A stretch of DNA of 64,000 nt from the NCBI GenBank assembly GCA_965216875.1, contig OZ244207.1:416001-480000 (forward strand), in the 5' to 3' direction. Every line of letters begins with the position of its first letter. Position 1 is the first letter of the stretch. The DNA comes from Rubripirellula sp. GTDB taxonomy: Bacteria; Planctomycetota; Planctomycetia; Pirellulales; Pirellulaceae. The notes beneath the pieces are model-generated. The model saw only the letters and a list, made by a program, of their open reading frames with translations. It was not told where the DNA came from and ran no database searches. The position numbers were made by a program, and so were the translations under genes. This document shows, one piece after another, positions 10,692-19,243 of this stretch.

Positions 10692-11138
10692 ATGTCTCTG
10701 TTTGATGAAGTATTGGAAGACGGCTCGTTCGATGAACAACCGTTTGGGCCTCAAGAAGGTTTCGCCGGAGTGTTGCTCGGAGCATCAGCATGCGATGGCC
10801 ACATCGCCGACGAAGAAGTCCAGGGGCTGATGACCTGTCTTCACCGTATGAAGCTTTATTCACGCATCACGCCCAACCAGTTTGGTTCGATGATGGACCG
10901 TTTACTGGGCGTGCTCAAGCGTGGTGGCCCCGAAAAGCTGTTGAACGTTTCCGTTCCAGCCGTGCCACCCGAGTTGCGCGAAACCTGTTTCGCAAACGCC
11001 GTCGACATCGTGCTTGCTGATGGCGTCGTCGATCCAGAAGAAAAGACCTTCATCGACTCACTCGCTGCGCAACTCGAGATGGATGAAAAGCGTTCCTTGG
11101 CGATCATCAAAGTGATGGTCTTCAAGAACAAAGGCTAA
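10692..11138 (+). CDS. TerB-family protein (tandem paralog)
   Basis: ASACDGHIADEE...DIVLADGVVDPEEKTFI; same C-terminal KNKG as previous gene. Confidence 0.85.
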   Translation: MSLFDEVLEDGSFDEQPFGPQEGFAGVLLGASACDGHIADEEVQGLMTCLHRMKLYSRITPNQFGSMMDRLLGVLKRGGPEKLLNVSVPAVPPELRETCFANAVDIVLADGVVDPEEKTFIDSLAAQLEMDEKRSLAIIKVMVFKNKG

Positions 11139-11184
11139 GCCAACTTCAAAGAGTGTTGGGCCTCGTTTCCACGCGGTCCGCGCC

Positions 11185-11247
11185 GTTCGTAGTCCCGCCT
11201 TTAGGCGGAATGAGAGAAGATTCCGGCTAAAGCTCGGTACTACGAAC
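11185..11247. repeat. GTAG-type REP-like family D inverted doublet
   Basis: GTTCGTAGTCCCGCCTTTAGGCGG...CCGGCTAAAGCTCGGTACTACGAAC; related copies at 19066, 28313, 31040, 50820. Confidence 0.8.
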
Positions 11248-11273
11248 GAGCGGCTCTTCTTTCTGCATTCGGT

Positions 11274-12191
11274 TCATGTCGTGCCAAGGAGTCGTCGAGG
11301 GTTGGCGTTGGTCCACTGATCAATTCGCTGGTCCGACACGCCAACCTTTTCCTTGAGGACACGCACCATTTCGGGCATCGTTGCCGCACAGCCGGCGAAA
11401 TGGGTACGGCACTGTGACCAAGCCGCGCCATCAGCGTCGACCTCAACGATTTGATTGCCCAGTTCATACTTGCCCGGACCAAGCCCCGCGGCGCTGATCG
11501 CATCGGTAACGATGACAACATTCTCGTCGGGAATGCAGCGCAGGTAGTTCGCAAGAGCGAAGGGCGGCAAGTGGTGACCGTCTGCGATGAGCGAAATCAT
11601 CAATCGATCCGAGCAACTCAGCGCACGCTGAATGATGTTGTCGTGGCGATTGATCTGATTGGCGCAGCCATTGCCCAAGTGTGTGAACAGTCTTAGGCCG
11701 GCATCGAGTGACTCGCGAAGTTGCTCAAGCGTTGCGTCGCAGTGGCCAGCGGCAACGATGATGCCTTGGTCGGAAAGCCAACGCGTGACTCTTCCGCCAG
11801 GATCGGATTCCGGAGCGAGAGTGACTAGTTTTGCGTGCCCGCCAGCGGCATCGATCAGGAGTTTTGCATCGTCAAGGTTTGCATCGCGTACTGCATCCAC
11901 CGGATGGGCGCCGACGAACCCCGTTTGCCGGTTGATGAAAGGCCCCTCGATGTGGATGCCTGCGATCACTTCATTGGCATCCGGCAGTTCATCGATCAGT
12001 TGCGCAATTCGGGAAATCCGAAGGGCCATCGTATCGAGCGGCGCCGTGATCACCGTCGCTAGGATTTGGTCAACGCCATCGGATCGGAGTCGCTTGCAAA
12101 CGCCAGTCAGCTGTTCGGGTGTAACGTGGTCACTGTTGAAGTCGACGCCGGCGTAGCCGTTGACTTGCAGGTCGACGAAACCGTTCATCAA
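11274..12191 (-). CDS. nagA: N-acetylglucosamine-6-phosphate deacetylase
   Basis: GFVDLQVNG, GIHIEGPF, GAH, VTLAPE, AGHCDA, FTHLGNG, IADGHH, VTDA. Confidence 0.9.
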   Translation of the reverse strand: MMNGFVDLQVNGYAGVDFNSDHVTPEQLTGVCKRLRSDGVDQILATVITAPLDTMALRISRIAQLIDELPDANEVIAGIHIEGPFINRQTGFVGAHPVDAVRDANLDDAKLLIDAAGGHAKLVTLAPESDPGGRVTRWLSDQGIIVAAGHCDATLEQLRESLDAGLRLFTHLGNGCANQINRHDNIIQRALSCSDRLMISLIADGHHLPPFALANYLRCIPDENVVIVTDAISAAGLGPGKYELGNQIVEVDADGAAWSQCRTHFAGCAATMPEMVRVLKEKVGVSDQRIDQWTNANPRRLLGTT

Positions 12192-12949
12192 ACACGTTCC
12201 AGAGAGTGCATGGTTGATTCTGAAAGGTTGGCGGCCGACGCGTTATCGATAATCAGCGACGCTTGAGGATGGTTTCGCAGGATGCTGGCCGGCACTTCGG
12301 GGCTGATCGCGTCTTCCAAGGTCGCCCGAACGGCGTTGGCCTTTTGCGAGTCGGGGACGCTGCAAAAAATCTCGGCCGCGCTCATGATCTGCTGCACTGA
12401 CATGCTGATTGCGTGCGTGGGAACGTCTTCAAGTGAGCCAAACCAACCTTCGCCGACTTGCTGCATGCGACAGGGGTGATCGAGTTCCACCAGGATGTAG
12501 GGATCCGTCGTTTCAAAATCGGCTGGCGGGTCATTGAAGGCGAGATGGCCGTTTTCGCCAATGCCGACCAGTGCGAGGTCGATCGGGTGTTGAGTAATGC
12601 GTTCAGCGGCGTGGGCGATCGTCGCTCGAGGATCTGCATCGCCGGGCAGGAATTCAAAGCTTGCCAAAGGAACATGGTCGACGAAACGTTCTTGCAAGTA
12701 TTTACAAAACGAGGCGGGGTGCGATCGATCGATCCCAACATATTCGTCAAGATGAAAGCCGTGCACGCGCGACCAATCAATGTTTGGCTGTTGGGTCAGT
12801 TCGGCGAGGACTTCGAATTGCGAGGCTCCGGTGGCGACCACGATCGTGGCACGTTCCTTGGACGCGAGCGTTTTGCGAAGTGTTTCGGCCGCCGCGTTGG
12901 CAACCCACTTACCCATCGCCGGTCGGTCAGCGGTTAAGATTGTGCGCAT
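12188..12949 (-). CDS. nagB: Glucosamine-6-phosphate deaminase
   Basis: ATGASQ, FHLDEYVG, GIGENGHLAFNDP, PASILRNHP; ATGA overlap with nagA. Confidence 0.9.
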   Translation of the reverse strand: MRTILTADRPAMGKWVANAAAETLRKTLASKERATIVVATGASQFEVLAELTQQPNIDWSRVHGFHLDEYVGIDRSHPASFCKYLQERFVDHVPLASFEFLPGDADPRATIAHAAERITQHPIDLALVGIGENGHLAFNDPPADFETTDPYILVELDHPCRMQQVGEGWFGSLEDVPTHAISMSVQQIMSAAEIFCSVPDSQKANAVRATLEDAISPEVPASILRNHPQASLIIDNASAANLSESTMHSLERV

Positions 12950-13073
12950 TGAGATTTCTAGGTGTGGTGTTGGAAACGGCTATAGGATAGCAGGTCGGAC
13001 TTTTGTCGAGTGCGGCTTGCAAAGCAACAACGCCATGGTTTGGTTGGCCTGGCTAATACGAAGAGGTGTTAAA

Positions 13074-15242
13074 GTGCGTCAGCTAGCGTTTCTTCTCTTT
13101 CTCTCGTCGGCATCCTTCCTGTTTGCGGATGCTCCGCGAGTTCTTAAGCCGGGCACCCTGCCATCGGATGCTCGGCTCGGAAACCTGAAAACGCTCAACG
13201 GGCACTTTCCGTTTATCGTGTCGGCCGATCCTGGTCATTGGGACGTGCGTTCCGAACAGTTGCGGCGTCGTGTATTGGTGGCAACGGGGCTATGGCCCAT
13301 GCCAGAAAAAACACCGCTTGAACCGGTCATCCACGGCAAGGTGAAACGTGACGGGTTCACCGTCGAAAAGGTTTATTTTCAAAGTTTGCCTGGGCACTAC
13401 GTCACCGGTTTGCTGTTTCGTCCTGACACGCCATCGGAAGCGCCAAGACCAGCGGTGTTGAGTCCGCATGGACATGGTGGCCGGATGCAAAAGCACAGCG
13501 ATGCGGAACTTGCACGGCAGTTGTCGGTCGGTGCGGAGCACTTCGAACGCTCTGGGCAAATGCCAAAGATCGCACGTTGTGCTCAGCTGGCACGAATGGG
13601 GTGCGTTACCTTTATTTTTGACATGCTTGGCTACGCTGATTCGAAGCAGATCTCTCACTCTGTCGCGCATCGCCATCAAAATGCCCGGCCCGAGGAAGCC
13701 GATTCAACGAGTGATCGCTGGGTGCTTTACAGCGCGCAGGCCGACTTGCGACTGCAGTCGGTGATGGGGCTGCAAACGTGGAACTGCATCCGTAGCCTCG
13801 ACTTCCTCGCTTCGCTTCCCGATGTTGATCCCGATCAATTGGCGGTCACCGGAGGAAGTGGCGGTGGGACTCAGTCGATTCTCTTGGGCGCGATTGACGA
13901 AAGGGTCAAAGTGTCGTTCCCCAATGGCATGGTTTCGACTTCGATGCAGGGAGGTTGCTACTGCGAGAACTGCAACTACCTGCGAATCGATACAGGCAAT
14001 GTTGAGTTGGCGGCGCTCTTTGCGCCGCGGCCGCAGGCGATGACAGCGGCCGACGACTGGACTCGAGACATGATGAGCGACGGATACCCCGAACTGAAAT
14101 GGTTGTACGCCATGATTGGGGATGAGTCGGACGTTTATTGTCGACCCATGTTGCACTTCAAGCACAACTACAACTACGTCACCCGAGCGACGATGTATCA
14201 ATGGATGAATCGTCATCTCGAACTGGGGTTGGATGATCCGATCATCGAACGCGACTTTGAACCACTTACCGACGTCGAGGCGACCGTATGGAATGATGAC
14301 CATCCGCTGCCTGGAAAGGTTGGTGTCGAGCATGAAAGAGACCTTTGTCGATGGCTTGAGGATCAGGCCTCTGACAAGTTGGATCAGATTCGACCCCGAG
14401 ACGAAGAATCACTTTCGGAGTTTCGCCGTGTAATGGGTGGGGCCTGGGAAGTGATCTTTGACCGTTTGCCACCGACCGCCGGTGACCTACGATACGACCA
14501 GATCGGGCAGCTTGGCCCGAAGGATCTGTCGATCGAGCGCGGGTTGGTCGCAAACGATCAATCAAAATCCTCGCTGCCGGTTTTTGTTGTCGGCGATCGA
14601 GACTCCGCCCAGCGCGTGGTCGTTTGGAGCGATGGCCGTGGGAAATCAGCGGCCTTTGACGGCGGCCAGCCAAGCGAGCTGCTGCGGAATCTTGCCAATG
14701 ACAAGACTGTTGTGATTGTTGCGGACCTGCTCGGCCAAGGAGAGTTCAACGCTCACGACCGAGCCATCACCGTCCAGCGTCTGGTCGACGACAAACGCTC
14801 CTATTCTGCATTTACATTTGGATACAACCGGACGCTAACGGCCGAGCGATGCGGCGACATGCTTACGTTGATCGGGTACGCCAGAGAAATCGTTAAGGAC
14901 AACGTTTCGGTGTTGGGCACATCGGGATCGGCGGGATGGGTGGCTCCTGCAGTTGCAATCGCTGGCGCTCAAGTCGAGCGTGCCGTTGTCACCACAGATG
15001 GATTCCGCTTCGGAACCGTCTCATCCTATCGAGATGCGAATTTTGTGCCCGGTGCCGTGAAATACGGTGACCTGCCGGCCTTGTTGGCATTGCGGGCTCC
15101 TCACAAGACGATGGTTCTGGGAGAAACGGAAAGCCCAAGCTTGGTGACCGATGCGTTTGAGGCGACTGGCTATCCCTTCAATGTCGACTTCAAAAAAGGC
15201 CCAGTGAACGAGGAAGTCGTTCGTTGGCTTGTGCGTGACTAA
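13074..15242 (+). CDS. Secreted alpha/beta-hydrolase, acetylxylan esterase-like
   Basis: GAGGTG RBS before GTG 13074, signal peptide, VEKVYFQSLPG, SPHGH, nucleophile VTGGSGGGTQ. Confidence 0.75.
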   Translation: MRQLAFLLFLSSASFLFADAPRVLKPGTLPSDARLGNLKTLNGHFPFIVSADPGHWDVRSEQLRRRVLVATGLWPMPEKTPLEPVIHGKVKRDGFTVEKVYFQSLPGHYVTGLLFRPDTPSEAPRPAVLSPHGHGGRMQKHSDAELARQLSVGAEHFERSGQMPKIARCAQLARMGCVTFIFDMLGYADSKQISHSVAHRHQNARPEEADSTSDRWVLYSAQADLRLQSVMGLQTWNCIRSLDFLASLPDVDPDQLAVTGGSGGGTQSILLGAIDERVKVSFPNGMVSTSMQGGCYCENCNYLRIDTGNVELAALFAPRPQAMTAADDWTRDMMSDGYPELKWLYAMIGDESDVYCRPMLHFKHNYNYVTRATMYQWMNRHLELGLDDPIIERDFEPLTDVEATVWNDDHPLPGKVGVEHERDLCRWLEDQASDKLDQIRPRDEESLSEFRRVMGGAWEVIFDRLPPTAGDLRYDQIGQLGPKDLSIERGLVANDQSKSSLPVFVVGDRDSAQRVVVWSDGRGKSAAFDGGQPSELLRNLANDKTVVIVADLLGQGEFNAHDRAITVQRLVDDKRSYSAFTFGYNRTLTAERCGDMLTLIGYAREIVKDNVSVLGTSGSAGWVAPAVAIAGAQVERAVVTTDGFRFGTVSSYRDANFVPGAVKYGDLPALLALRAPHKTMVLGETESPSLVTDAFEATGYPFNVDFKKGPVNEEVVRWLVRD

Positions 15243-15270
15243 TGCTACAGATTGCAATTGCGCACGTTAG

Positions 15271-15375
15271 CACTCTCCCTTGGGAGAGTCGGGCTCTCAG
15301 GCCCGGAGAAGGTCTTTTGCAACGGTTATTCCCTCCCCGGACTTTGCGTTCGACCCTCCCGCAGGCGGGAGGGTG
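15271..15375. repeat. REP-like family A doublet, inverted copy
   Basis: Reverse complement of 5501-5608 with substitutions. Confidence 0.8.
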
Positions 15376-15509
15376 ATTGCTGGAGCTCGCGTTAACCGGG
15401 GCCAGCACTTCGACCTCATGGCACCATAATTGCGATCTGCAACACTAACGCAACAAACACTCGTTACGGTTCCGCCAGAGCAACTTCCAACGCAACTCAG
15501 GCAGTGCAC

Positions 15510-15636
15510 GTGAGCCGCCGGCCGTGAGGCCTCGGGCCCTTGCCCCTACATGTGTAGGCGTTAGCTCAAATGCATTAGCGCTATCTGGTCCACGCGCAGT
15601 CGCGTTCATGGCCCGACGCTAGCGCGTACGGCTCAC
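15510..15636. repeat. REP-like family C inverted pair (GTGAGCCG...GGCCCGACGCTAGCGCGTACGGCTCAC)
   Basis: Family C core also at 29321, 29411, 31008, 31222, 48266, 48316. Confidence 0.7.
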
Positions 15637-15870
15637 GGGATCGTGCGCGATTACCGCAAGTAAAACGTTCAATCGTTGAGGCATCACCTCACGCGAAGGT
15701 TCTCTTGAGAACCAATCGCAGTAGGTGTTTGCGAAAAGAAGAGGCGAAGAGGTAATCGCGCGATAACGCACACGTGTCATTCGGGCGCAGCTTGTTGATT
15801 GTGTTGTTGGGAATCGGTAACTTGGTACCTTCGTTCAGCGCTCACGTCTCCGCAAACCTTTTCTGCACTG

Positions 15871-16371
15871 ATGAGCACGTCGGAATCCACAACGCCCAAG
15901 GCAGGTGGCGCCAAACGCAAGCTGGCTGTGATTGCCATGTTCTTTGTGATTGGTACGTCGCTAGGCGTCGGAGCATTTACCTTCGACTATGCCGAAGGAA
16001 CGTCGTACATGGGCAACGATTCAAGTGCCTGTGCCAACTGTCACGTGATGCAGCGTCATTACGATTCATGGCTCAAGTCAAGCCACCATGCCGTGGCTCA
16101 GTGCAACGATTGCCATTCGGACCCCAGTTCGACGTTCAGCAAACTCAAGTGTAAAGCGATCAACGGTTTGGCTCATTCGTATGCATTCACCACAGGTGAT
16201 TTTCACGAGCCGATCCAAATGACCGATTGGAATCGTGAGCAAACTGAAAAAACATGCCGCAAGTGTCACGAAGGCATGGTTCATCAAATCGATCTGCCCG
16301 GTTTGGCAAATGATGCTCAAGCCATGTCGTGTACTCGCTGCCACAACGACGTCGGACACCCTTGGCGTTAA
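15871..16371 (+). CDS. nrfH: Cytochrome c nitrite reductase small subunit (tetraheme)
   Basis: N-terminal TM helix; CANCH, CNDCH, CRKCH, CTRCH; directly upstream of nrfA. Confidence 0.9.
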   Translation: MSTSESTTPKAGGAKRKLAVIAMFFVIGTSLGVGAFTFDYAEGTSYMGNDSSACANCHVMQRHYDSWLKSSHHAVAQCNDCHSDPSSTFSKLKCKAINGLAHSYAFTTGDFHEPIQMTDWNREQTEKTCRKCHEGMVHQIDLPGLANDAQAMSCTRCHNDVGHPWR

Positions 16372-16374
16372 GTT

Positions 16375-17784
16375 TTGTTTGGGAGAAATCCGTTGACTGA
16401 CAATGCATCTCGTCGTCCCCTTTCGACATTCGGCGCACTTGCGATCACGGCCGTTGCCGCGGTGGGCGTTTTCTTTGGCCTCGGCTTGTTGATGGACATC
16501 AACGAGAAGAAACAAGAAGCGAAATTGCCGTTCTTCAAAGTTGTCGAGTTGACCGACGACACCGATGATCCAAAGGTTTGGGGGCAGAACTTTCCCTACC
16601 AATACGACACGTTCATCAAGACCGTCGACCACGAACGAACTCGGTTTGGCGGCTCGGAAACGATTCCCCAGGAACCGAGCGAAGACGATCCGCGTACCGA
16701 AGTCACCCCCAGCAAGTTGGAGCACATCCCGCAGCTGAAACGAATGTGGAACGGCTACGCGTTTGCGATTGATTACCGAGAAAAGCGTGGCCACGCCTAC
16801 ATGCTCGAGGACCAGACCTACACCAAACGGACTCAGGTGGTCGATCAGCCCGGCACCTGTATCAATTGCCATGCATCCACTTACGTTCCGTGGAAGAAGG
16901 CGGGCGATGGCGATCCGCACGCAGGCTACAAGAAGCTCAACCCGCTTCCGCTGAACGAGATTCGCGATCACTTTGGGCAAGCGATTTCGTGCATCGATTG
17001 CCACGATTCACAGACCATGGCACTGCGCATCACGCGCCCTGGGTTTCTCGAAGGGATCAAAGCGCTCAAGGCAAAAGAGGGAATTGAGGACTACGATCCC
17101 AACACCATGGCAACTCGCCAAGAAATGCGAAGCTACATCTGTGCCCAATGTCACGTTGAGTACTACTTCAGCGGCGAAGACAAAGACCTGGTCTTTCCCT
17201 GGCACAATGGCTTGAACGCCGATGAGATGTTGGCCCACTTTGATGAGAAGGGGTTCAAGGATTGGACGCACAAAGAAACGGGCGCCCCAATGATCAAGGT
17301 CCAGCACCCCGAATTCGAACTGTGGTCCAAGGGGGCTCACGCTGCAGCAGGTGTGAGTTGTTCGGATTGCCACATGCCCTACACCCGAGTGGGCGGCTTG
17401 AAGATCAGCGACCATCAAGTCCGCAGTCCTCTGTTGAATATCAACAACGCATGTCAAACATGCCACAAAGTACCCGAGCAAGATTTGTTGGCGCGGACCG
17501 AAGCGATTCAGGAACGCACCAAAGACATGTCAAAGAAGGCCTTGGATGCGCTTGTCGACCTGATCGACGACATCAAAGAGGCCAAGGAAAAGCACGAAGG
17601 CATCGACCTGACCGAGGCACAGCAACACCAACGCAAGGCGAGCTTCTACGTTGACTTTGTGGTGTCGGACAACTCGAACGGATTCCATGCGTCGCAGGAA
17701 TCCGCGCGACTGTTAGGGACGTCGATCGACTTTTCGCGAAAGGGGCAAAACGCCGTTCGCGATGCGATTGACAGTTTGGAGTAG
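16375..17784 (+). CDS. nrfA: Ammonia-forming cytochrome c nitrite reductase, pentaheme, CxxCH heme-1 variant
   Basis: GYAFAIDYREKRGH, CINCH, CIDCH, CAQCHVEYYF, KVQHPEFE, CSDCHMPY, CQTCH, NSNGFHA. Confidence 0.92.
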   Translation: MFGRNPLTDNASRRPLSTFGALAITAVAAVGVFFGLGLLMDINEKKQEAKLPFFKVVELTDDTDDPKVWGQNFPYQYDTFIKTVDHERTRFGGSETIPQEPSEDDPRTEVTPSKLEHIPQLKRMWNGYAFAIDYREKRGHAYMLEDQTYTKRTQVVDQPGTCINCHASTYVPWKKAGDGDPHAGYKKLNPLPLNEIRDHFGQAISCIDCHDSQTMALRITRPGFLEGIKALKAKEGIEDYDPNTMATRQEMRSYICAQCHVEYYFSGEDKDLVFPWHNGLNADEMLAHFDEKGFKDWTHKETGAPMIKVQHPEFELWSKGAHAAAGVSCSDCHMPYTRVGGLKISDHQVRSPLLNINNACQTCHKVPEQDLLARTEAIQERTKDMSKKALDALVDLIDDIKEAKEKHEGIDLTEAQQHQRKASFYVDFVVSDNSNGFHASQESARLLGTSIDFSRKGQNAVRDAIDSLE

Positions 17785-17787
17785 TGG

Positions 17788-18936
17788 CTATTCCGCCGGC
17801 CAATCGGGCAACTCGAACTTCTTTTGGGTGTTCGTGGTGTGTTCGGTGTAGTGCCGATCCATTTGGCGAAGGAGTCCACGTAATGTCCAGCGACTTCCGG
17901 GGGCTTGTTTGTCCAGCGGCAAGTCGTTGAGCAGGTACGCGAATCGACGCGTGAATGCCGAGACCCGTTCCATTTGCCGAGCCTCTTCGGCGCCCGTCCA
18001 GTCCTTGTGCTTTGCCACATAGTCGGGTGGCATTTGTTTTGGGTTGAGATCCATCACAGGGATTTTGGGTTCCCGACTTGCGTAGATCTGTGAAAAGAAG
18101 AGCAGTTCACGGCCCATCATGTGTTCGGTGTTCCACCGCGGAGTGTGAGTCCCGTTGCTAGGCCGGAAATTCATTTGTTCGGTCGACAACTTGGAAAAGA
18201 CGGCCTGCGAGTCACGACAGGCCTTTTCTTTGCGTTCGATCAAGTCCACGAGCGTTTGGGAAAGTGCAGCTGGTTTGCTCGAAAGCAAGACGACCGCTGG
18301 CGTTCCACCTTTGATGTCCGAATTCGCGACACAGGTGTTCGAAAGGTTCTTTGGGCGCTCGGCATTCGCAACGGATTTGGCGCTGATGACAGTCAATTGT
18401 TTGCCCATCAAAACGGCATGTTGGGCATCTCGGCTGGCCGGTGCATTCGTTGGCTCCCCATCAAGGATCATGACATCGCATGCCCCCATGCGCGTTTTCA
18501 TCTCTTCCGGTACGGCAGCATCGTCCGCTGCAAATCGGTGATAGCCAATTTGAAGGCCATCGACCGTAACGATGACGTTGGCGTCATCGATCACTTGCAC
18601 TCGGATCGCGTTGGTCGACAGTTTGAGGTCGCTCGAAAACTTGCGCCAGCTTGCGTGCGCTTCATTCGGTAACCGGTCGAGCACGTTGTCTGATGGAACC
18701 GTTGCTCGAAACCGTTTGTTCTCTTCGCGGGTCGATGAGTCGCCCAATACGATATCGACGCCCTCGAGTTCGCTCGATGCATGTTCATCATCGATCCTGA
18801 CGAGCAGGTTCCACATGGTCTCCATTTCGAAACCGCCCGAGGACGTGTGACGAATCGCGACGGGATGGCCGGGATCGGCAGATGAGACGAGCGGCAGTGC
18901 AGACAACGAAATGAGTAGGAGCAGGTGACGCATCAT
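17788..18936 (-). CDS. Secreted protein with C-terminal DinB-like domain
   Basis: Signal peptide; QMNFRP...TPRWNTEHM...HYTEH pattern of DinB/YfiT helical bundles. Confidence 0.6.
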   Translation of the reverse strand: MMRHLLLLISLSALPLVSSADPGHPVAIRHTSSGGFEMETMWNLLVRIDDEHASSELEGVDIVLGDSSTREENKRFRATVPSDNVLDRLPNEAHASWRKFSSDLKLSTNAIRVQVIDDANVIVTVDGLQIGYHRFAADDAAVPEEMKTRMGACDVMILDGEPTNAPASRDAQHAVLMGKQLTVISAKSVANAERPKNLSNTCVANSDIKGGTPAVVLLSSKPAALSQTLVDLIERKEKACRDSQAVFSKLSTEQMNFRPSNGTHTPRWNTEHMMGRELLFFSQIYASREPKIPVMDLNPKQMPPDYVAKHKDWTGAEEARQMERVSAFTRRFAYLLNDLPLDKQAPGSRWTLRGLLRQMDRHYTEHTTNTQKKFELPDWPAE

Positions 18937-19065
18937 GAAGCTTTTTCGTTCGATGGGGAGGAAACAAATGGTTCTGGCGTTAACGTGTTAACAATTCGCG
19001 AGTTTTTTTGTTCCGGTCGGGACGAATCGTTTTGCGGGAGTGTCTTAGTGTGCGGGCACGCGTCT

Positions 19066-19118
19066 GTTCGTCGTATCGGTTTTAGCCGGCGTCTTTCCGC
19101 CTGAAGGCGGTACTTCAA
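19066..19118. repeat. Degenerate REP-like family D doublet
   Basis: GTTCGTCGTATCGGTTTTAGCCGG...CCGCCTGAAGGCGGTACTTCAA. Confidence 0.55.
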
Positions 19119-19243
19119 TCGGGACAGGAATCTGCCGCCTAATAAAGGGACCGTTTGTTCGTTAGTGTCAGTGTGGCGGCGACTCGAGTCCATACAATAA
19201 CGGACACGCCGACTCTCGTTTTCTTGTCATGTGAAGGAATGTT

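Noticed and set aside
15670..15800. FNR box upstream of nrfH
   Set aside because: No TTGAT-N4-ATCAA match; the GGTTCTCTTGAGAACC palindrome at 15698-15713 occurs once and cannot be assigned
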